Source of the DNA: Bacteroidia bacterium
GTDB taxonomy: Bacteria; Bacteroidota; Bacteroidia; M30B66
Assembly: GCA_965279035.1 (NCBI GenBank)
Contig: OZ257142.1
Span: forward strand, 2,784,001-2,848,000
Direction of reading: 5' to 3'
DNA length: 64,000 nt
Of this stretch, positions 9,800 through 20,967 are shown in pieces; position 1 is the first letter of the stretch, and each line of letters opens with the position of its first letter. The translations under genes and the position numbers were made by a program. The notes beneath the pieces were generated by a model. It did not search any database, had not been told where the DNA came from, and worked only from the letters and a program-made list of their open reading frames with translations.

Positions 9800-11146
9800 T
9801 TATGGCTTCTTAAAAAACTCAAACTGTTGTCCTGCTTGTTTTAAAGTAAACGAAAAATTTCCCGGCTTATCTTGAATTGCCTTGAAAATAATCACAATAC
9901 CGGCAGTTTCAAAACGAAATTCGGTATTGCTCATCGCTGTCAAGGGAAATTCACTTTGTCCCTTTGCTTGAGCGAAAAATTTCCCATTGCTTTCGCGAAT
10001 ATTGATATCCATAAGAAAGCCATTACATGCATATGTTCCAGGATAATTTTTGATTTCTTCTGGGGTAAAATACACCTCCGGAACTTTAAAATCCATCAAC
10101 TTATACGGGATGTTGTAATAGATACTTAATAAGCCAATCAAAATGTCATTCATCTCGAAATCGAGTCCGTTAAACGAACAGGCGAAACTGGTGCTATCGT
10201 CTGGAAAATAGGCTACAACTGATCTGAAATTATCGATTCCTCCAGTATGTCCAAATGCTTTTCTTTTTCCAAAAGGAATTTGAAAAATGCCTGATCCATA
10301 GCCATCATGAATTTCCAAAAGATGAGTTAATTCTTTTTGTGGAATGAGTTTTCCTTGCATCAAGGATTCAATAAAAATACAGAGTTCTTTGGGTGAAGAA
10401 GAGATAACACCTGCTCCTTGCGGAATACTCCAATCAGTTTCGGGAACAGCTTTCCATTCACTTCCATCAAATTCATACGACCGAGCTTCATTGGGACTTG
10501 TTCCTAAACTTTTGAAAGCATAGGTATGTCGCAAGCCTAAGGGTTTTACGATCTTGTCTTTTACTTGAGTTGCATAATCCGAACTACTCAGTTGTTCTAC
10601 AATATATCCTAACAATACAAAATTGCTGTTCGAATACGCATGCTTTGTTCCTGGTGAAAAATCAGGAGCATTCCCCCCAATGATTTCAAGCATTTCATCA
10701 TGTGTATGGAATTGAGTAAAGTAATTTCCATACGTTGAATCATCAGTAAAATTATGGATGCCGCTACTGTGATCCAATAAATTTGCAATCGTAACTCCTT
10801 GTATATTCTTGAGATCAGGAAAAAAAGTGCTGACTTTCGTCTCCAATTCCAAAGCGTGTTTTTCTAACATCTGGTGAATTAAAACCGAAGTAAACACCTT
10901 CGTTATTGAACCAATTCGAAAAGCAGTTGAATCGTTGTTCCGAACGTGAGCTCGTGCTTCTGTCCAACCAAACGCACGTTGATAGAGTACTTTCCCGTTT
11001 TTTTGAATGCACACAGAACCCATTGCTTTGTTCTTATTCTGCAACAAATCAAACAGGCTGTCGGCTTTGGCTTTATTAAAAGATTGAGCCTCACAAAAGC
11101 TAAAGTTCAGCAGCAAACACAACAGAAAAATCGAAAGTGATTTCAT
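9800..11146 (-). CDS. Secreted serine hydrolase (class C beta-lactamase / PBP-like)
   Basis: Signal peptide; SITK (SxxK), YSN and HTGG motifs. Confidence 0.9.
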   Translation of the reverse strand: MKSLSIFLLCLLLNFSFCEAQSFNKAKADSLFDLLQNKNKAMGSVCIQKNGKVLYQRAFGWTEARAHVRNNDSTAFRIGSITKVFTSVLIHQMLEKHALELETKVSTFFPDLKNIQGVTIANLLDHSSGIHNFTDDSTYGNYFTQFHTHDEMLEIIGGNAPDFSPGTKHAYSNSNFVLLGYIVEQLSSSDYATQVKDKIVKPLGLRHTYAFKSLGTSPNEARSYEFDGSEWKAVPETDWSIPQGAGVISSSPKELCIFIESLMQGKLIPQKELTHLLEIHDGYGSGIFQIPFGKRKAFGHTGGIDNFRSVVAYFPDDSTSFACSFNGLDFEMNDILIGLLSIYYNIPYKLMDFKVPEVYFTPEEIKNYPGTYACNGFLMDINIRESNGKFFAQAKGQSEFPLTAMSNTEFRFETAGIVIIFKAIQDKPGNFSFTLKQAGQQFEFFKKP

Positions 11147-11196
11147 ACTCTTTATTGGTTCAATTCAAGAAAAAATCTACTAATACACAATCATTC

Positions 11197-12396
11197 TTAA
11201 AATGAATGACCCATTTTATCGCGTTTGGTATTGAGGTATTTCACATTGTGAATGTTTGCTTCAATCACAATGGGAACATTTTCCACAATCTCTAATCCGT
11301 AGCCAATTAATCCTGCACGTTTGGTTGGATTGTTTGTCATCAAGCGTAGTTTACTCACACCTAAATCGCGCAAAATCTGAGCTCCAACGCCGTAATCACG
11401 TTCATCCATTTTGAAACCAAGTTTGACATTGGCTTCAACCGTATCATATCCTTCTTCTTGTAGCTTGTATGCTTTGAGTTTATTCAATAAACCAATGCCT
11501 CGTCCTTCTTGATTCATATAGACTATGATGCCTTTTCCTTCTGCTTCAATCATATTCATGGCAGCATGCAATTGTGGGCCACATTCGCAACGGCATGACC
11601 CGAAAATATCTCCTGTCATACAGGAACTATGAACGCGAACTAAAACAGCTTCACCTGGATTAAAATCTCCTTTTACTAAGGCCAAATGCTGTTCTCCGGT
11701 ATTGGTTTGAGTATAAGCAACCATGCGGAAATCGCCATGTTCGGTTGGTAAATTAACTTCCACTTCGCGTTGAATCAAACTATCGTGCTCGAGTCGGTAT
11801 TTGATCAAATCTTCAATCGAAATGATTTTTAAATCGAGCTTCTGAGCCAATTCCAACAATTCAGGAAGTCGAGCCATTGTTCCATCTTCATTCATTATCT
11901 CAACCAAAACACCAGCAGGTTCGAAACCGGCTAATCGTGCAAGATCAACGGTTGCTTCGGTATGTCCAGCGCGACGAAGAACTCCTCCCGTTTTGGCACG
12001 GAGTGGAAAAATATGTCCCGGTCTTCCGAAATCTTCTGGTCGAATTTCAGGATCTACCAAGGCTTTCATGGTTTTTGAACGATCCGATGCGGAAATTCCA
12101 GTGGTACAGCCATGGCCAATCAAATCGACCGAAACGGTAAATGCAGTATCGTGTGATGACGTGTTTTGTGACACCATCATTTCGAGCTTCAGTTCTTTGC
12201 AACGCTCTTCGGTTAATGCGGCGCAGATCAATCCACGGCCTTGACTTGCCATAAAATTAATGACCTCAGGTGAAGCATTGCGTGCTGCTGTTAGAAAATC
12301 ACCTTCATTTTCTCTGTTCTCATCATCTACTACGATGATCACTTTACCCTGACGAATGGCGTCAATGGCTTCTTCTATAGTGTTCAGTTTCGACAT
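11197..12396 (-). CDS. ribBA: Bifunctional DHBP synthase / GTP cyclohydrolase II
   Basis: [45 protein letters not shown]. Confidence 0.97.
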   Translation of the reverse strand: MSKLNTIEEAIDAIRQGKVIIVVDDENRENEGDFLTAARNASPEVINFMASQGRGLICAALTEERCKELKLEMMVSQNTSSHDTAFTVSVDLIGHGCTTGISASDRSKTMKALVDPEIRPEDFGRPGHIFPLRAKTGGVLRRAGHTEATVDLARLAGFEPAGVLVEIMNEDGTMARLPELLELAQKLDLKIISIEDLIKYRLEHDSLIQREVEVNLPTEHGDFRMVAYTQTNTGEQHLALVKGDFNPGEAVLVRVHSSCMTGDIFGSCRCECGPQLHAAMNMIEAEGKGIIVYMNQEGRGIGLLNKLKAYKLQEEGYDTVEANVKLGFKMDERDYGVGAQILRDLGVSKLRLMTNNPTKRAGLIGYGLEIVENVPIVIEANIHNVKYLNTKRDKMGHSF

Positions 12397-12422
12397 ACGA
12401 TTTACCCTAAAAGGGATTTTAA

Positions 12423-13610
12423 TTAGACGATCAAATCTTTTACAGATGATCCGCTGATCAAACGATTCAAACGTTCGTTTTGTTTGGTCCAGCTAAATTC
12501 ATCTAACATGCGTTTTCGAGCGTTTTGACCAATCGTTAAAGCGAGTTCGGTATTGTTTAACAAATAGGCAATGGCTTCAGCAACTTTCTCGGGAGAATCG
12601 GCTATCCAAACATCTTTTCCATGCGTTGCTCCAATGGCGTTATTAGCTAAAGAACTTGTAATAACGGGCAATCCCATCGACATAGCTTCCAATATCTTAT
12701 TTTGCATCCCGATTCCAATTTGCATCGGGGCGACAAACAGACGCGTTTGCTGATAATAGCTTCGAAGATCATCAACCCAACCCGTTAATTGCAGATTTCG
12801 AGCGCTGAGTTGACGAAGTTCACGGGATGGATTTTTACCTGCTGCCACAAATTGAAGATGTGGAAATTCATTGGCAAGTAAAGGCAAGACCTTTTCAACC
12901 ATATAGATTATACAATTTACATTGGGCTCGTATTGCATATTGCCAGTAAAGAGCAAATCGAGCGTTCGTGCACGTGGTTCAGGTTTGTAATAATCGGTAT
13001 CTACTCCGTTCGGAATGATCTTTATTTCAGAATGATCGGGATGATCTATCAAAGCTGCATCTTGGGCCGAAATCATGGTTTTTACATCAAAATCTGCAAA
13101 GATTTCGGTTTCGTAGGCTTTCAATCGTTTCCCTTCGTTCGAAATCATCATGCGCTTCCACCAAACATCGTGAAGTAAGCGTCGTTCTAGTCCAATCGAG
13201 AATGCATCTTGGTAATCGAGCACTTTCTGACAATTTGAAAGCGGTCGAACAAATTCGGCCATGCGGGCTAACTGACAAATAACAGTATCAGGTTTTAGTT
13301 CGTTTGCCAAGAGTTGAAACGCGTTGATTGCATTTTTATCTGAAAAATAAGCAACTTGAAAGGGCGTTTTGCGACCGAAGTTGAAAAGTAATCGTTTATA
13401 AATCGACCACTTGTTCATTTGATAAACACGAACAGATGCAAATAGTGATTGGGCTTTTTTGAGAGATTCTGGTTTTACGACTTCGTCGGATAAGCAAAAA
13501 ACGTGAACTTCATGCTGAGTTGCAAGTCCAAGAAGCTGGTTCCAAGCACGGAGTTTATCCCCTTTATCGGTAGGAAATGGAAATCGAGATAGCGCAACTA
13601 AAATCTTCAA
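12423..13610 (-). CDS. Glycosyltransferase family 4
   Basis: IPNGVD and [21 protein letters not shown] motifs. Confidence 0.88.
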   Translation of the reverse strand: MKILVALSRFPFPTDKGDKLRAWNQLLGLATQHEVHVFCLSDEVVKPESLKKAQSLFASVRVYQMNKWSIYKRLLFNFGRKTPFQVAYFSDKNAINAFQLLANELKPDTVICQLARMAEFVRPLSNCQKVLDYQDAFSIGLERRLLHDVWWKRMMISNEGKRLKAYETEIFADFDVKTMISAQDAALIDHPDHSEIKIIPNGVDTDYYKPEPRARTLDLLFTGNMQYEPNVNCIIYMVEKVLPLLANEFPHLQFVAAGKNPSRELRQLSARNLQLTGWVDDLRSYYQQTRLFVAPMQIGIGMQNKILEAMSMGLPVITSSLANNAIGATHGKDVWIADSPEKVAEAIAYLLNNTELALTIGQNARKRMLDEFSWTKQNERLNRLISGSSVKDLIV

Positions 13611-14797
13611 ACCGGAGAACTGCTTTTTTCATAAAACTGAAGTAACTGTTTTGTCAGCACCTCAGATCTGAAATGTTCGTTGGCAAAGGTAATGGCATTT
13701 TCTGAAATGCGAATTGCTCGTTCAGGTGAAGCAATCAGTTCTTGCAGATGTCGCAGAAAATCAGTCGGTTTGTGAACAATGAGAATGTGTTTTCCATCAA
13801 CAGCAGGAATTCCTTCCAAACCAATTACGGTAGTTATAATTACTTTCCCTAAAGCTAAACCTTCGATTATCTTCACGCGAATGCCGCTACCACTCATTAA
13901 AGGAACAATCATAATTCCATGATCCTGCATAAATTCAACAGCATCAGTAGCTTGTTTAACTTCGATGTTTTGGGCTTGAAGGTGTTGAAACGAATCGGGC
14001 ATGTTTTTACCTGCTAGGATGAATTTCCAATCAGGTAAAGCTTGATGTATTTCAGGCCAAACAGATTGAATAAACCAATCGACACCTTCGATATTCGGCA
14101 ACCAATCCATGGCTCCTAAGTGAAACAGTTGTTTTGTGCTTAATAGTGAATCTGGCTTTGTTGGTTTCAAAGGGGTTGAAATGCCGATTACTTCAATAGG
14201 AACTTTCACTCCTGCATTTCGAAATTCAGCAGCATCAATTTCCGACATCACCACCAATCCATCACAGGCATTACACAAATCAATTTCTTCATTTCGTAAT
14301 CGATAGGAAAGTAAGTTCAAATAGGCTTTTTTCAATGGATTTCGACATTGATCTGCCATGCGTTTCCAAATCAAAAACTCAACGTTATGAGCTCGTAATA
14401 TGAGTGTTGCTTTACTCGCTTTTCGTAATTCCCTGATTCCAGTCAATGCATAAATACTTTCAGCTTGTATAACATCCACCGGATTTTTCTGAAGCCATTC
14501 TGTTTGAAGTCGCGTTCCTTCTAAGGTTTCGAATCGACTTAAATTATACGATTTGCTGCTGAATAGATTGAGTAATGCGTCCCAAGGTTTTATTCGGGTG
14601 TCAATAAAATGATGATGAACTTCAAATGGATAATCGGCTGGAATTCTTTCTGGAATAGGATGTTTCGGTGTTGAAATCATCCACTGGATAAGATCTACAT
14701 CGCTTTCTTTGAGTCCTTGAGCCAGATTGAGCATGGCAATTTTTCCACCGTCAAAAGGAGCAAACAAGGGTTTCGTGCAGAGTTGCAGCACTTTCAT
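13607..14797 (-). CDS. Glycosyltransferase family 4
   Basis: HNVE and GSGIRVKIIEGLALGKVIITT. Confidence 0.88.
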   Translation of the reverse strand: MKVLQLCTKPLFAPFDGGKIAMLNLAQGLKESDVDLIQWMISTPKHPIPERIPADYPFEVHHHFIDTRIKPWDALLNLFSSKSYNLSRFETLEGTRLQTEWLQKNPVDVIQAESIYALTGIRELRKASKATLILRAHNVEFLIWKRMADQCRNPLKKAYLNLLSYRLRNEEIDLCNACDGLVVMSEIDAAEFRNAGVKVPIEVIGISTPLKPTKPDSLLSTKQLFHLGAMDWLPNIEGVDWFIQSVWPEIHQALPDWKFILAGKNMPDSFQHLQAQNIEVKQATDAVEFMQDHGIMIVPLMSGSGIRVKIIEGLALGKVIITTVIGLEGIPAVDGKHILIVHKPTDFLRHLQELIASPERAIRISENAITFANEHFRSEVLTKQLLQFYEKSSSPV

Positions 14798-16449
14798 GCG
14801 AGCTTTTTACTAGAGAAAAAATTCCAACATTTTTTGAAAAATCGAACGTACACTTCTTTTTCAAACAATGCCGAATCGGTGGTTGCCTTGTAGCTTAAAA
14901 ATATCCCAACAGGTAATAAAACCGCCGAAGACAGCCACATTCCCCAAAATGCAGTTAATACACCTTCACGTGCTAATTTTTCTCCCGTTATAGATATCAT
15001 ATGATACAACACAAAGAAAATCAGTGAGAAAATTACCGGCATTCCTAAACCACCTTTGCGGACAATGGCGCCTAATGGTGCTCCAATGAGAAAGAGTATG
15101 ATACAAGCAAATGACAAAGTGAATTTCCGATGCCATTCGATGTCGTGGCGATTGATACGCTCTTGGTCTTGTGCAAAATTTTGTTCCGAATAATCAATGG
15201 TGCTTTTGTTCGCCCGAAGATTGTTCATGGCAGCTTCTAATATACGTTGCTGCTCGCTTCGACTAAAATTTTCGAGCACATGCGTTTTCGATTTGAGAGG
15301 AATGATTTTCTTAACGCGTTGATTGCTTGTTAAAAATCGAGTTCCATTACTATCCGATAATGACTTACCGAAATTAGTATCTGCTCTTCCGGTTGCCAAC
15401 AATCGAGCAGCCTCGGCACGCAATAATAATTTCCGTGCTGCACTATCAGCTTCTGGACTTGCAGTAATAACAGGCTTTACATTGCTTGAGTCGCGTTTTT
15501 TGAGCACTGGTTTTCCATCATCAGCCGACCATTTGGTAGAATAGGTTTTAGTTGAATCGAAAAAAGGACCGTGTAATAATACGCTTGGCAAATAACTTCG
15601 TTCTTTATTGAGCGCCCATCGTAAAGTATCGGCTGACAATTGAAGCTGAGTCAGATTTAACATCTGATAATTCCGTTTATATACGCTCTCATCCGTTTTC
15701 GTCATTTCAAAAATGGACAAGTCGAAACGAATTAAATCGGACTGAAAATTCTCACGCAGAAAAGGATAGCGTCCTTTTTTCTTTCTTCCAGGTTCGGCTT
15801 CGGTATAGGTATGTCCGTTGATGAGATTGAGTTCGAGGTAGCGTTTGTCGGTCGAAAGTCCCATTGTTCCTCGTTCGGCAATGATCACACGATCGTTTCC
15901 AATGCGGTTGGAATGATCGTAAATCATAATTTGTTCGAGCTGTTTTCCGTCGTTGCTTTTTTTCCCAATTCGGATGACGTAGTTCTGAATATCGCTATTG
16001 AAGATTCCTGGTTTAATGTTGAGTTCAGGCCGTTTATTGGAGATGTCCTGAAGGAGCGTTTTCATTTTGAGATTGGCTCTTGGGAGAATGCTATTGGAAA
16101 AATAGAAAGCCGAGATACTCAAGAATAAAGCGAAAACGAGCACAGAACGCATCGAACGTTGAAGCGAAATACCGGAAGATTTGAGGGCGGTTAATTCCAT
16201 GTATTCGCCCAGATTTCCAAAAGTCATGAGCGAGGAAAGCAGCACAGCCAAAGGCAATGCAAGCGAAATCATTGTTATGGCAACTAAACCGAGAAGCTTT
16301 AAAATAATGATCCATTCTAAGCCTTTACCAACCAAATCATCGACGTATTTCCAAACAAACTGCATGAGCAGAATGAAAAGCGCGATGAAGAAGGTCAGGA
16401 TAAACGGACCAAGATAAGATCGTAATACAAAGGTGTCGATTCGTTTCAA
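14794..16449 (-). CDS. LptF/LptG family LPS export permease
   Basis: ELTALKSSGISL and IGAPLGAIVRKGG; start moved to TTG 16449, downstream of a TATCTTTG box. Confidence 0.88.
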   Translation of the reverse strand: MKRIDTFVLRSYLGPFILTFFIALFILLMQFVWKYVDDLVGKGLEWIIILKLLGLVAITMISLALPLAVLLSSLMTFGNLGEYMELTALKSSGISLQRSMRSVLVFALFLSISAFYFSNSILPRANLKMKTLLQDISNKRPELNIKPGIFNSDIQNYVIRIGKKSNDGKQLEQIMIYDHSNRIGNDRVIIAERGTMGLSTDKRYLELNLINGHTYTEAEPGRKKKGRYPFLRENFQSDLIRFDLSIFEMTKTDESVYKRNYQMLNLTQLQLSADTLRWALNKERSYLPSVLLHGPFFDSTKTYSTKWSADDGKPVLKKRDSSNVKPVITASPEADSAARKLLLRAEAARLLATGRADTNFGKSLSDSNGTRFLTSNQRVKKIIPLKSKTHVLENFSRSEQQRILEAAMNNLRANKSTIDYSEQNFAQDQERINRHDIEWHRKFTLSFACIILFLIGAPLGAIVRKGGLGMPVIFSLIFFVLYHMISITGEKLAREGVLTAFWGMWLSSAVLLPVGIFLSYKATTDSALFEKEVYVRFFKKCWNFFSSKKLA

Positions 16450-16483
16450 GGATCGATTCGGAATCAGGGCACAAAGATATACA

Positions 16484-16867
16484 TCAAGAGCCAATCACCC
16501 GATGAAGTCGTTGCATTGCTGAATTCCAGCTTAATACAGTTTCGTCTTCATCGTCTTCTTCGCAGAAATCGGTAATCATCATGGCAGTTTCGCCAGTGAT
16601 ATCGTCCACTTCAATGCGAAATTCAAAATAAGTTTCATCGGGTTCGTCTAACCAATGGTACTTAACGAAAATATTTTCCTTAAAGCTGACCAGCTTTGCT
16701 TTTTGTTCCGAGTCCTTATTCCAAACAAATGTGTACACACTGCTACGAATATTGACATCGTCGCAAAACCATTCCGATAAGCCACTTGGCTCAGTTAGGA
16801 ATGAGAACAACACACCTGGAGATGATTTCAGAATGTATTCTATTTCTATTTTTTTATATCCTCCCAT
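16484..16867 (-). CDS. START-like (SRPBCC) domain protein
   Basis: PSGLSEWFCDDV, YFEFRI, ITDF motifs of the Bacteroidota START-like family. Confidence 0.8.
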   Translation of the reverse strand: MGGYKKIEIEYILKSSPGVLFSFLTEPSGLSEWFCDDVNIRSSVYTFVWNKDSEQKAKLVSFKENIFVKYHWLDEPDETYFEFRIEVDDITGETAMMITDFCEEDDEDETVLSWNSAMQRLHRVIGS

Positions 16868-17010
16868 TTGCAGGTATTGGATGATTAACTAGCGGATGCG
16901 ATTATACGAAAAGCAAGGTTGCCTGCAAATTATTTCATGTAAAAGTTTGAAACAGAATACAAGTAAGCCCGTTGATAAATTCCTCAAAAAAAGATTACTA
17001 ATTTCGCGGC

Positions 17011-17754
17011 ATGTTTAACGGGAAGAAAGTCGTGGTGGTTTTACCCGCCTACAATGCAGCATTAACGCTCGAAAAGACCTATAAAGAGATTCCTTTTGAG
17101 ATTGTTGATGAGGTGGTTTTAGTGGATGATCATAGTCGGGATAATACCTCCGACCTAGGCAAATCGCTTGGGATAAAACACATTATCCGTCACGAAAAAA
17201 ACAAAGGATACGGAGGAAATCAAAAAACCTGCTATGCCAAAGCGCTCGAATTAGATGCCGATGTGGTTGTAATGCTTCATCCCGACTATCAATATACTCC
17301 TTTACTCATCCATTCGATGGTTGCTTTGATCGCCAATGGACTTTACCCGGTGGTGTTTGGTTCTCGTATTTTAGGTAAAGGTGCGCTCAAGGGCGGAATG
17401 CCAATATATAAGTATATCGCCAATCGCTTTCTAACACTAAGTCAAAACCTGCTGATGAATCAAAAATTATCGGAATACCACACCGGTTTTCGCGCATTTT
17501 CGGGTGAGGTTTTACGAAGTTTGGACTTTACACACAACTCCGACGATTTTATTTTCGATAACGAAATGATTGCTCAGATTTTCATAAAGGGCAATGAAAT
17601 CGCTGAAATTACTTGTCCAACGAAGTATTTTGAAGAAGCTTCATCCATTAATTTCAAACGTTCCTCCATATATGGTCTTGGTGTATTGAATGTTTCCTTG
17701 AAGTACTTCCTGCATAAAGCTGGAATAATTCGCTGGAAAATTCTTTCTGCTTGA
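17011..17754 (+). CDS. Glycosyltransferase family 2 (DPM synthase-like)
   Basis: VVLPAYNA, VDDHSRD, NKGYGG, HPDYQY. Confidence 0.9.
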   Translation: MFNGKKVVVVLPAYNAALTLEKTYKEIPFEIVDEVVLVDDHSRDNTSDLGKSLGIKHIIRHEKNKGYGGNQKTCYAKALELDADVVVMLHPDYQYTPLLIHSMVALIANGLYPVVFGSRILGKGALKGGMPIYKYIANRFLTLSQNLLMNQKLSEYHTGFRAFSGEVLRSLDFTHNSDDFIFDNEMIAQIFIKGNEIAEITCPTKYFEEASSINFKRSSIYGLGVLNVSLKYFLHKAGIIRWKILSA

Positions 17755-18531
17755 TTAAAGTATACCTGAAATCAACAGGAGGGCAATCGCTATTAAAAAG
17801 ACTGCAACTAGTGTTTGTACAAATCCCATTTGCACTTTTTTCAACAATCTATTTCCAAAATAAGCGCCTACAAAAGCAAACAGTGTTGGAAGAATCCACA
17901 ACATCGCTTCTTGATTATTGAGGCTTTGGTCGAATGAAAAAAGATAATAAGGAATTCGAGTAAAATCAATCACCAAAGCGATTACGACTCCGGTTGCAAT
18001 AAATGCTTCTTTGCTCAAACCAGATCGAACCAAGAATGCACTCCTTAAAGCACCTTGATGTCCGCTCAAGCCACCAAAGAAACCTGATAGTACAGCTCCA
18101 ATAGGTAGAAGTTTAGTAGGAAATTGAAAAGCTTTCCAGCGAGGAATGATTTCAAATCCAGCAAATACGATCATGAATATTCCAATAATCAATTTGATGA
18201 AAGTGATTTCATGTAGTTCAGCACCCAAGCGGTAGATTTTTATTGGATTTATTTCATCTAAATAATCTAATGCATAACTTCCTAAGAGCGAAGCCGGAAT
18301 GGTGAATAAAGAAAACTTGAGTGCTAAATCAAATGCGACTTGTTTACCAATTAGAACTAGTTTGAAAAGATTATTGAGCATGTGTACCAATGCAGTCAGT
18401 AAAATCGCATCCTGAATGGGGACAATCAAGGCAAATGCTGGAAGTAGAAGTGTACCCAATCCAAATCCACTAAAAAAAGTGAGAATTGATGCCAACAACG
18501 CAACGACACAGGGTAGAATTAAATCCATCAA
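17755..18531 (-). CDS. TauE/SafE (TSUP) family membrane transporter
   Basis: FFSGFGLGTLLLP and SGFFGGLSGHQG. Confidence 0.85.
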   Translation of the reverse strand: MMDLILPCVVALLASILTFFSGFGLGTLLLPAFALIVPIQDAILLTALVHMLNNLFKLVLIGKQVAFDLALKFSLFTIPASLLGSYALDYLDEINPIKIYRLGAELHEITFIKLIIGIFMIVFAGFEIIPRWKAFQFPTKLLPIGAVLSGFFGGLSGHQGALRSAFLVRSGLSKEAFIATGVVIALVIDFTRIPYYLFSFDQSLNNQEAMLWILPTLFAFVGAYFGNRLLKKVQMGFVQTLVAVFLIAIALLLISGIL

Positions 18532-18666
18532 TAACAGACCTTGTATGAATTAATGTTCTAATTGTCGAAATATTCAAATCGTTCCCTTGAATTAAATTGA
18601 ATATTTATTCAAACGAAATTTAAGTATCGAAGCACAAAATTTATAAATCAAAAATTCTATAAATCT

Positions 18667-19464
18667 CTACAAAGCAGCTGGAATTGTTGACCAATTCTCT
18701 CCGCGTTTTATGCGTAAAAGTTGTGTCTGGGTTATGTTGTATTTCTTTGAAAGAGAACTTAACGTTACTCCTTCATTGATCTTCTTTTTAATAACCCGAA
18801 CTTTGGGGATTGTTAATTTATATTGTTTCGAGTGCAAATTATGAACACCAATTCGATCTTTCCTTGCTTGTATTACACGTGGATTTTTTTCTCGATGAAT
18901 TAAATGCTCTTCTTTAGTCATCCAACAAATGTTTGAATAATGATTATTTTCCTTGTTAAAATCTAAATGAGCTACAATAGAATGATTTGGAGTTGCTTTC
19001 TTAACAAAATACTCTGCAACTAGTCGATGTATTAAAAAACCAATATTAATGGTTCTCTCATTTTCTATTTTTCTAAGGTCTTTTTTATAATTCTGTTTAA
19101 TTAAATCAAGTAATTTTTCTTGTTGTAAAATAGAACGTTCAAGTTTAACGGTTGATTTACCTTTTTCTTGAATTTCAATTATTTCTTTCTGTATTTTTTT
19201 TATTTGTTCTTGTAATAATGAAATTTGAACTCTAAAATATTCAAGTCGTTGATTTGATTTTGAATCCCGTTCAGTATATAATTTGAACCGAACAACTGGA
19301 TACCCTTTCATTAAACTAAAGGCAAGAACTTGCCCTTTTGAAATTTTTGAAAAACTTCGCAAACGCCCAAAATTCGAAATTTCTATATCTAACTTATTGG
19401 TTGATTCAATTTCATTTTGAGTTGTAATTTTCTTCCAAATTTCTTTTTCAGCTTTCTTCGCCAT
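18667..19464 (-). CDS. NUMOD4-like / HNH / C-terminal HTH protein with coiled-coil insertion
   Basis: EIWKKI...ISNFGRLRS (NUMOD4-like); IHRLVAEYF...HLDFNKENNHYSNICW (HNH); LSSLSKKYNITQTQLLRIKRGENW (HTH). Confidence 0.75.
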   Translation of the reverse strand: MAKKAEKEIWKKITTQNEIESTNKLDIEISNFGRLRSFSKISKGQVLAFSLMKGYPVVRFKLYTERDSKSNQRLEYFRVQISLLQEQIKKIQKEIIEIQEKGKSTVKLERSILQQEKLLDLIKQNYKKDLRKIENERTINIGFLIHRLVAEYFVKKATPNHSIVAHLDFNKENNHYSNICWMTKEEHLIHREKNPRVIQARKDRIGVHNLHSKQYKLTIPKVRVIKKKINEGVTLSSLSKKYNITQTQLLRIKRGENWSTIPAAL

Positions 19465-19636
19465 ATTATGTAGTGTCCGTGTTTTTGAACATTCAAAGAT
19501 GCGCCTTCGAATGAATAGTGCATTTTAAATTCACCAAATTAGAACGTTATTATTTTTGGTGCTTAAAATGAATTAGAACGCACGAATGTAACAAAAGAAA
19601 CGTCCTGTACAAACATTCCCAATGGTCGCAAAGATA
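19465..19636 (-). promoter_or_regulatory. Bacteroidota -7 promoter box plus a ~155-nt structured 5' leader
   Basis: TATCTTTG on the minus strand at 19636-19629; hairpins at 19584-19618, 19521-19570 and 19490-19513. Confidence 0.5.
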
Positions 19637-19863
19637 ATATCTATAAAGAAGTTGAGCGGTATTTGGTTCTTGTACTATAAACTTTTTACCTGCTCGACTA
19701 TCTGAATAAAAAACTTGTATGAATGCGCAATAAATTCCTAGAAATAACTATATGTTTTTTTTTAAAAAATATTTTAAGATTAAAATACCAAAGCATTATT
19801 CAATTTACAAATCAATCGATTTAACTAAATAAAGAAATTTCTGAAGTGTAAACCGACTTATGG

Positions 19864-20967
19864 TTAACGCCCCGCAAGGTTACTCATTGGTAATTGCTCA
19901 GTATAGATAAAGCTATTTTGAGACGATTCAAAAGGACGATAAACATAATACACTCTATTATTTCGAATGCGAATATGATCTACATAACGGTAATACAATG
20001 GAATTTCATTTCCTTCCGATGCATCAATTAAAGATATAGGAGCCAGCGAATAATTTCCTCCATGAAAATGTAAGGCATACACCTCATTTGTTATTTCATC
20101 CTGAATGAGTTGTTTCTTATAGGTTTTTTCTTTGTGAAAATGCATTTCTAATTTCTTGCTCAATTCTCCATCGGCAGAATAACAAAACAAACTATCACGA
20201 TAATGATCAAAAATATATACCAATGAATCGTTATGTACTAAGGGAGAATACAATGTATGCCACCATAATGAATGTGTAAAACCTGTGAATTCAGCCGCTA
20301 AATCGTATTTGCTTTTTCCTGTTTCGCGACTTTGACGCTTGAGTGCACACTGTGTTTTAAAGGGCAGAAATTTATATTCGGCATAATACAAATCATATAA
20401 ATGAGCATCTCGAATTTCTAATAAAGTATCGGTTTCACGGCTCATTCGATTTGTTCGCATAAAAGCAAAATCGGGGCGCTGAGGATGAAAACTACTTAGA
20501 AAAAATAATTCTTCATTGGCAGCTACTGTTGGACGAATAGCAGTAAAATAAAACCGTTCATCCATTGCTTGTAAATAAATTGCTCCAGCATAAAAATCAA
20601 GTCGATATGTGGCCGATTTGCATTCGATATACAATTTATCATACACGTCTTTATGAAATCCCAATGGCTTATCATTTAATTTCATTGAAGCCAACTCCTT
20701 CCCTACCCGATCAATCAATCGTATGGTGCATTTGTCGGGGTTTTTATCCCATGTGAGAACAACTAAACTATCTCCCCGGAAATGAAAATCGCGAATCATC
20801 CACACTGGCGATTGTACCAAAGTATCTGGTTTACGAACATCGCGAATTGTCACTTCGTGCAATTCTTTAGTCCAGGTAATTGGCTTTTTCTGACTAGTAT
20901 CGACTTGTGCTCCCATTGTGAAGGAGCATCCAATTAAAAAGCTGAAAATAAAATAGAGCTTGTTCAT
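19864..20967 (-). CDS. Secreted hypothetical protein (possible beta-propeller)
   Basis: 367-aa ORF with signal peptide and beta-rich pattern; no family recognised. Confidence 0.7.
   Translation of the reverse strand: MNKLYFIFSFLIGCSFTMGAQVDTSQKKPITWTKELHEVTIRDVRKPDTLVQSPVWMIRDFHFRGDSLVVLTWDKNPDKCTIRLIDRVGKELASMKLNDKPLGFHKDVYDKLYIECKSATYRLDFYAGAIYLQAMDERFYFTAIRPTVAANEELFFLSSFHPQRPDFAFMRTNRMSRETDTLLEIRDAHLYDLYYAEYKFLPFKTQCALKRQSRETGKSKYDLAAEFTGFTHSLWWHTLYSPLVHNDSLVYIFDHYRDSLFCYSADGELSKKLEMHFHKEKTYKKQLIQDEITNEVYALHFHGGNYSLAPISLIDASEGNEIPLYYRYVDHIRIRNNRVYYVYRPFESSQNSFIYTEQLPMSNLAGR

Noticed and set aside
18667-19636. IscB/HEARO (OMEGA) element or group I intron
   Set aside because: No RuvC or PLMP motifs, no interrupted host gene, and the leader is short with no recognisable intron core
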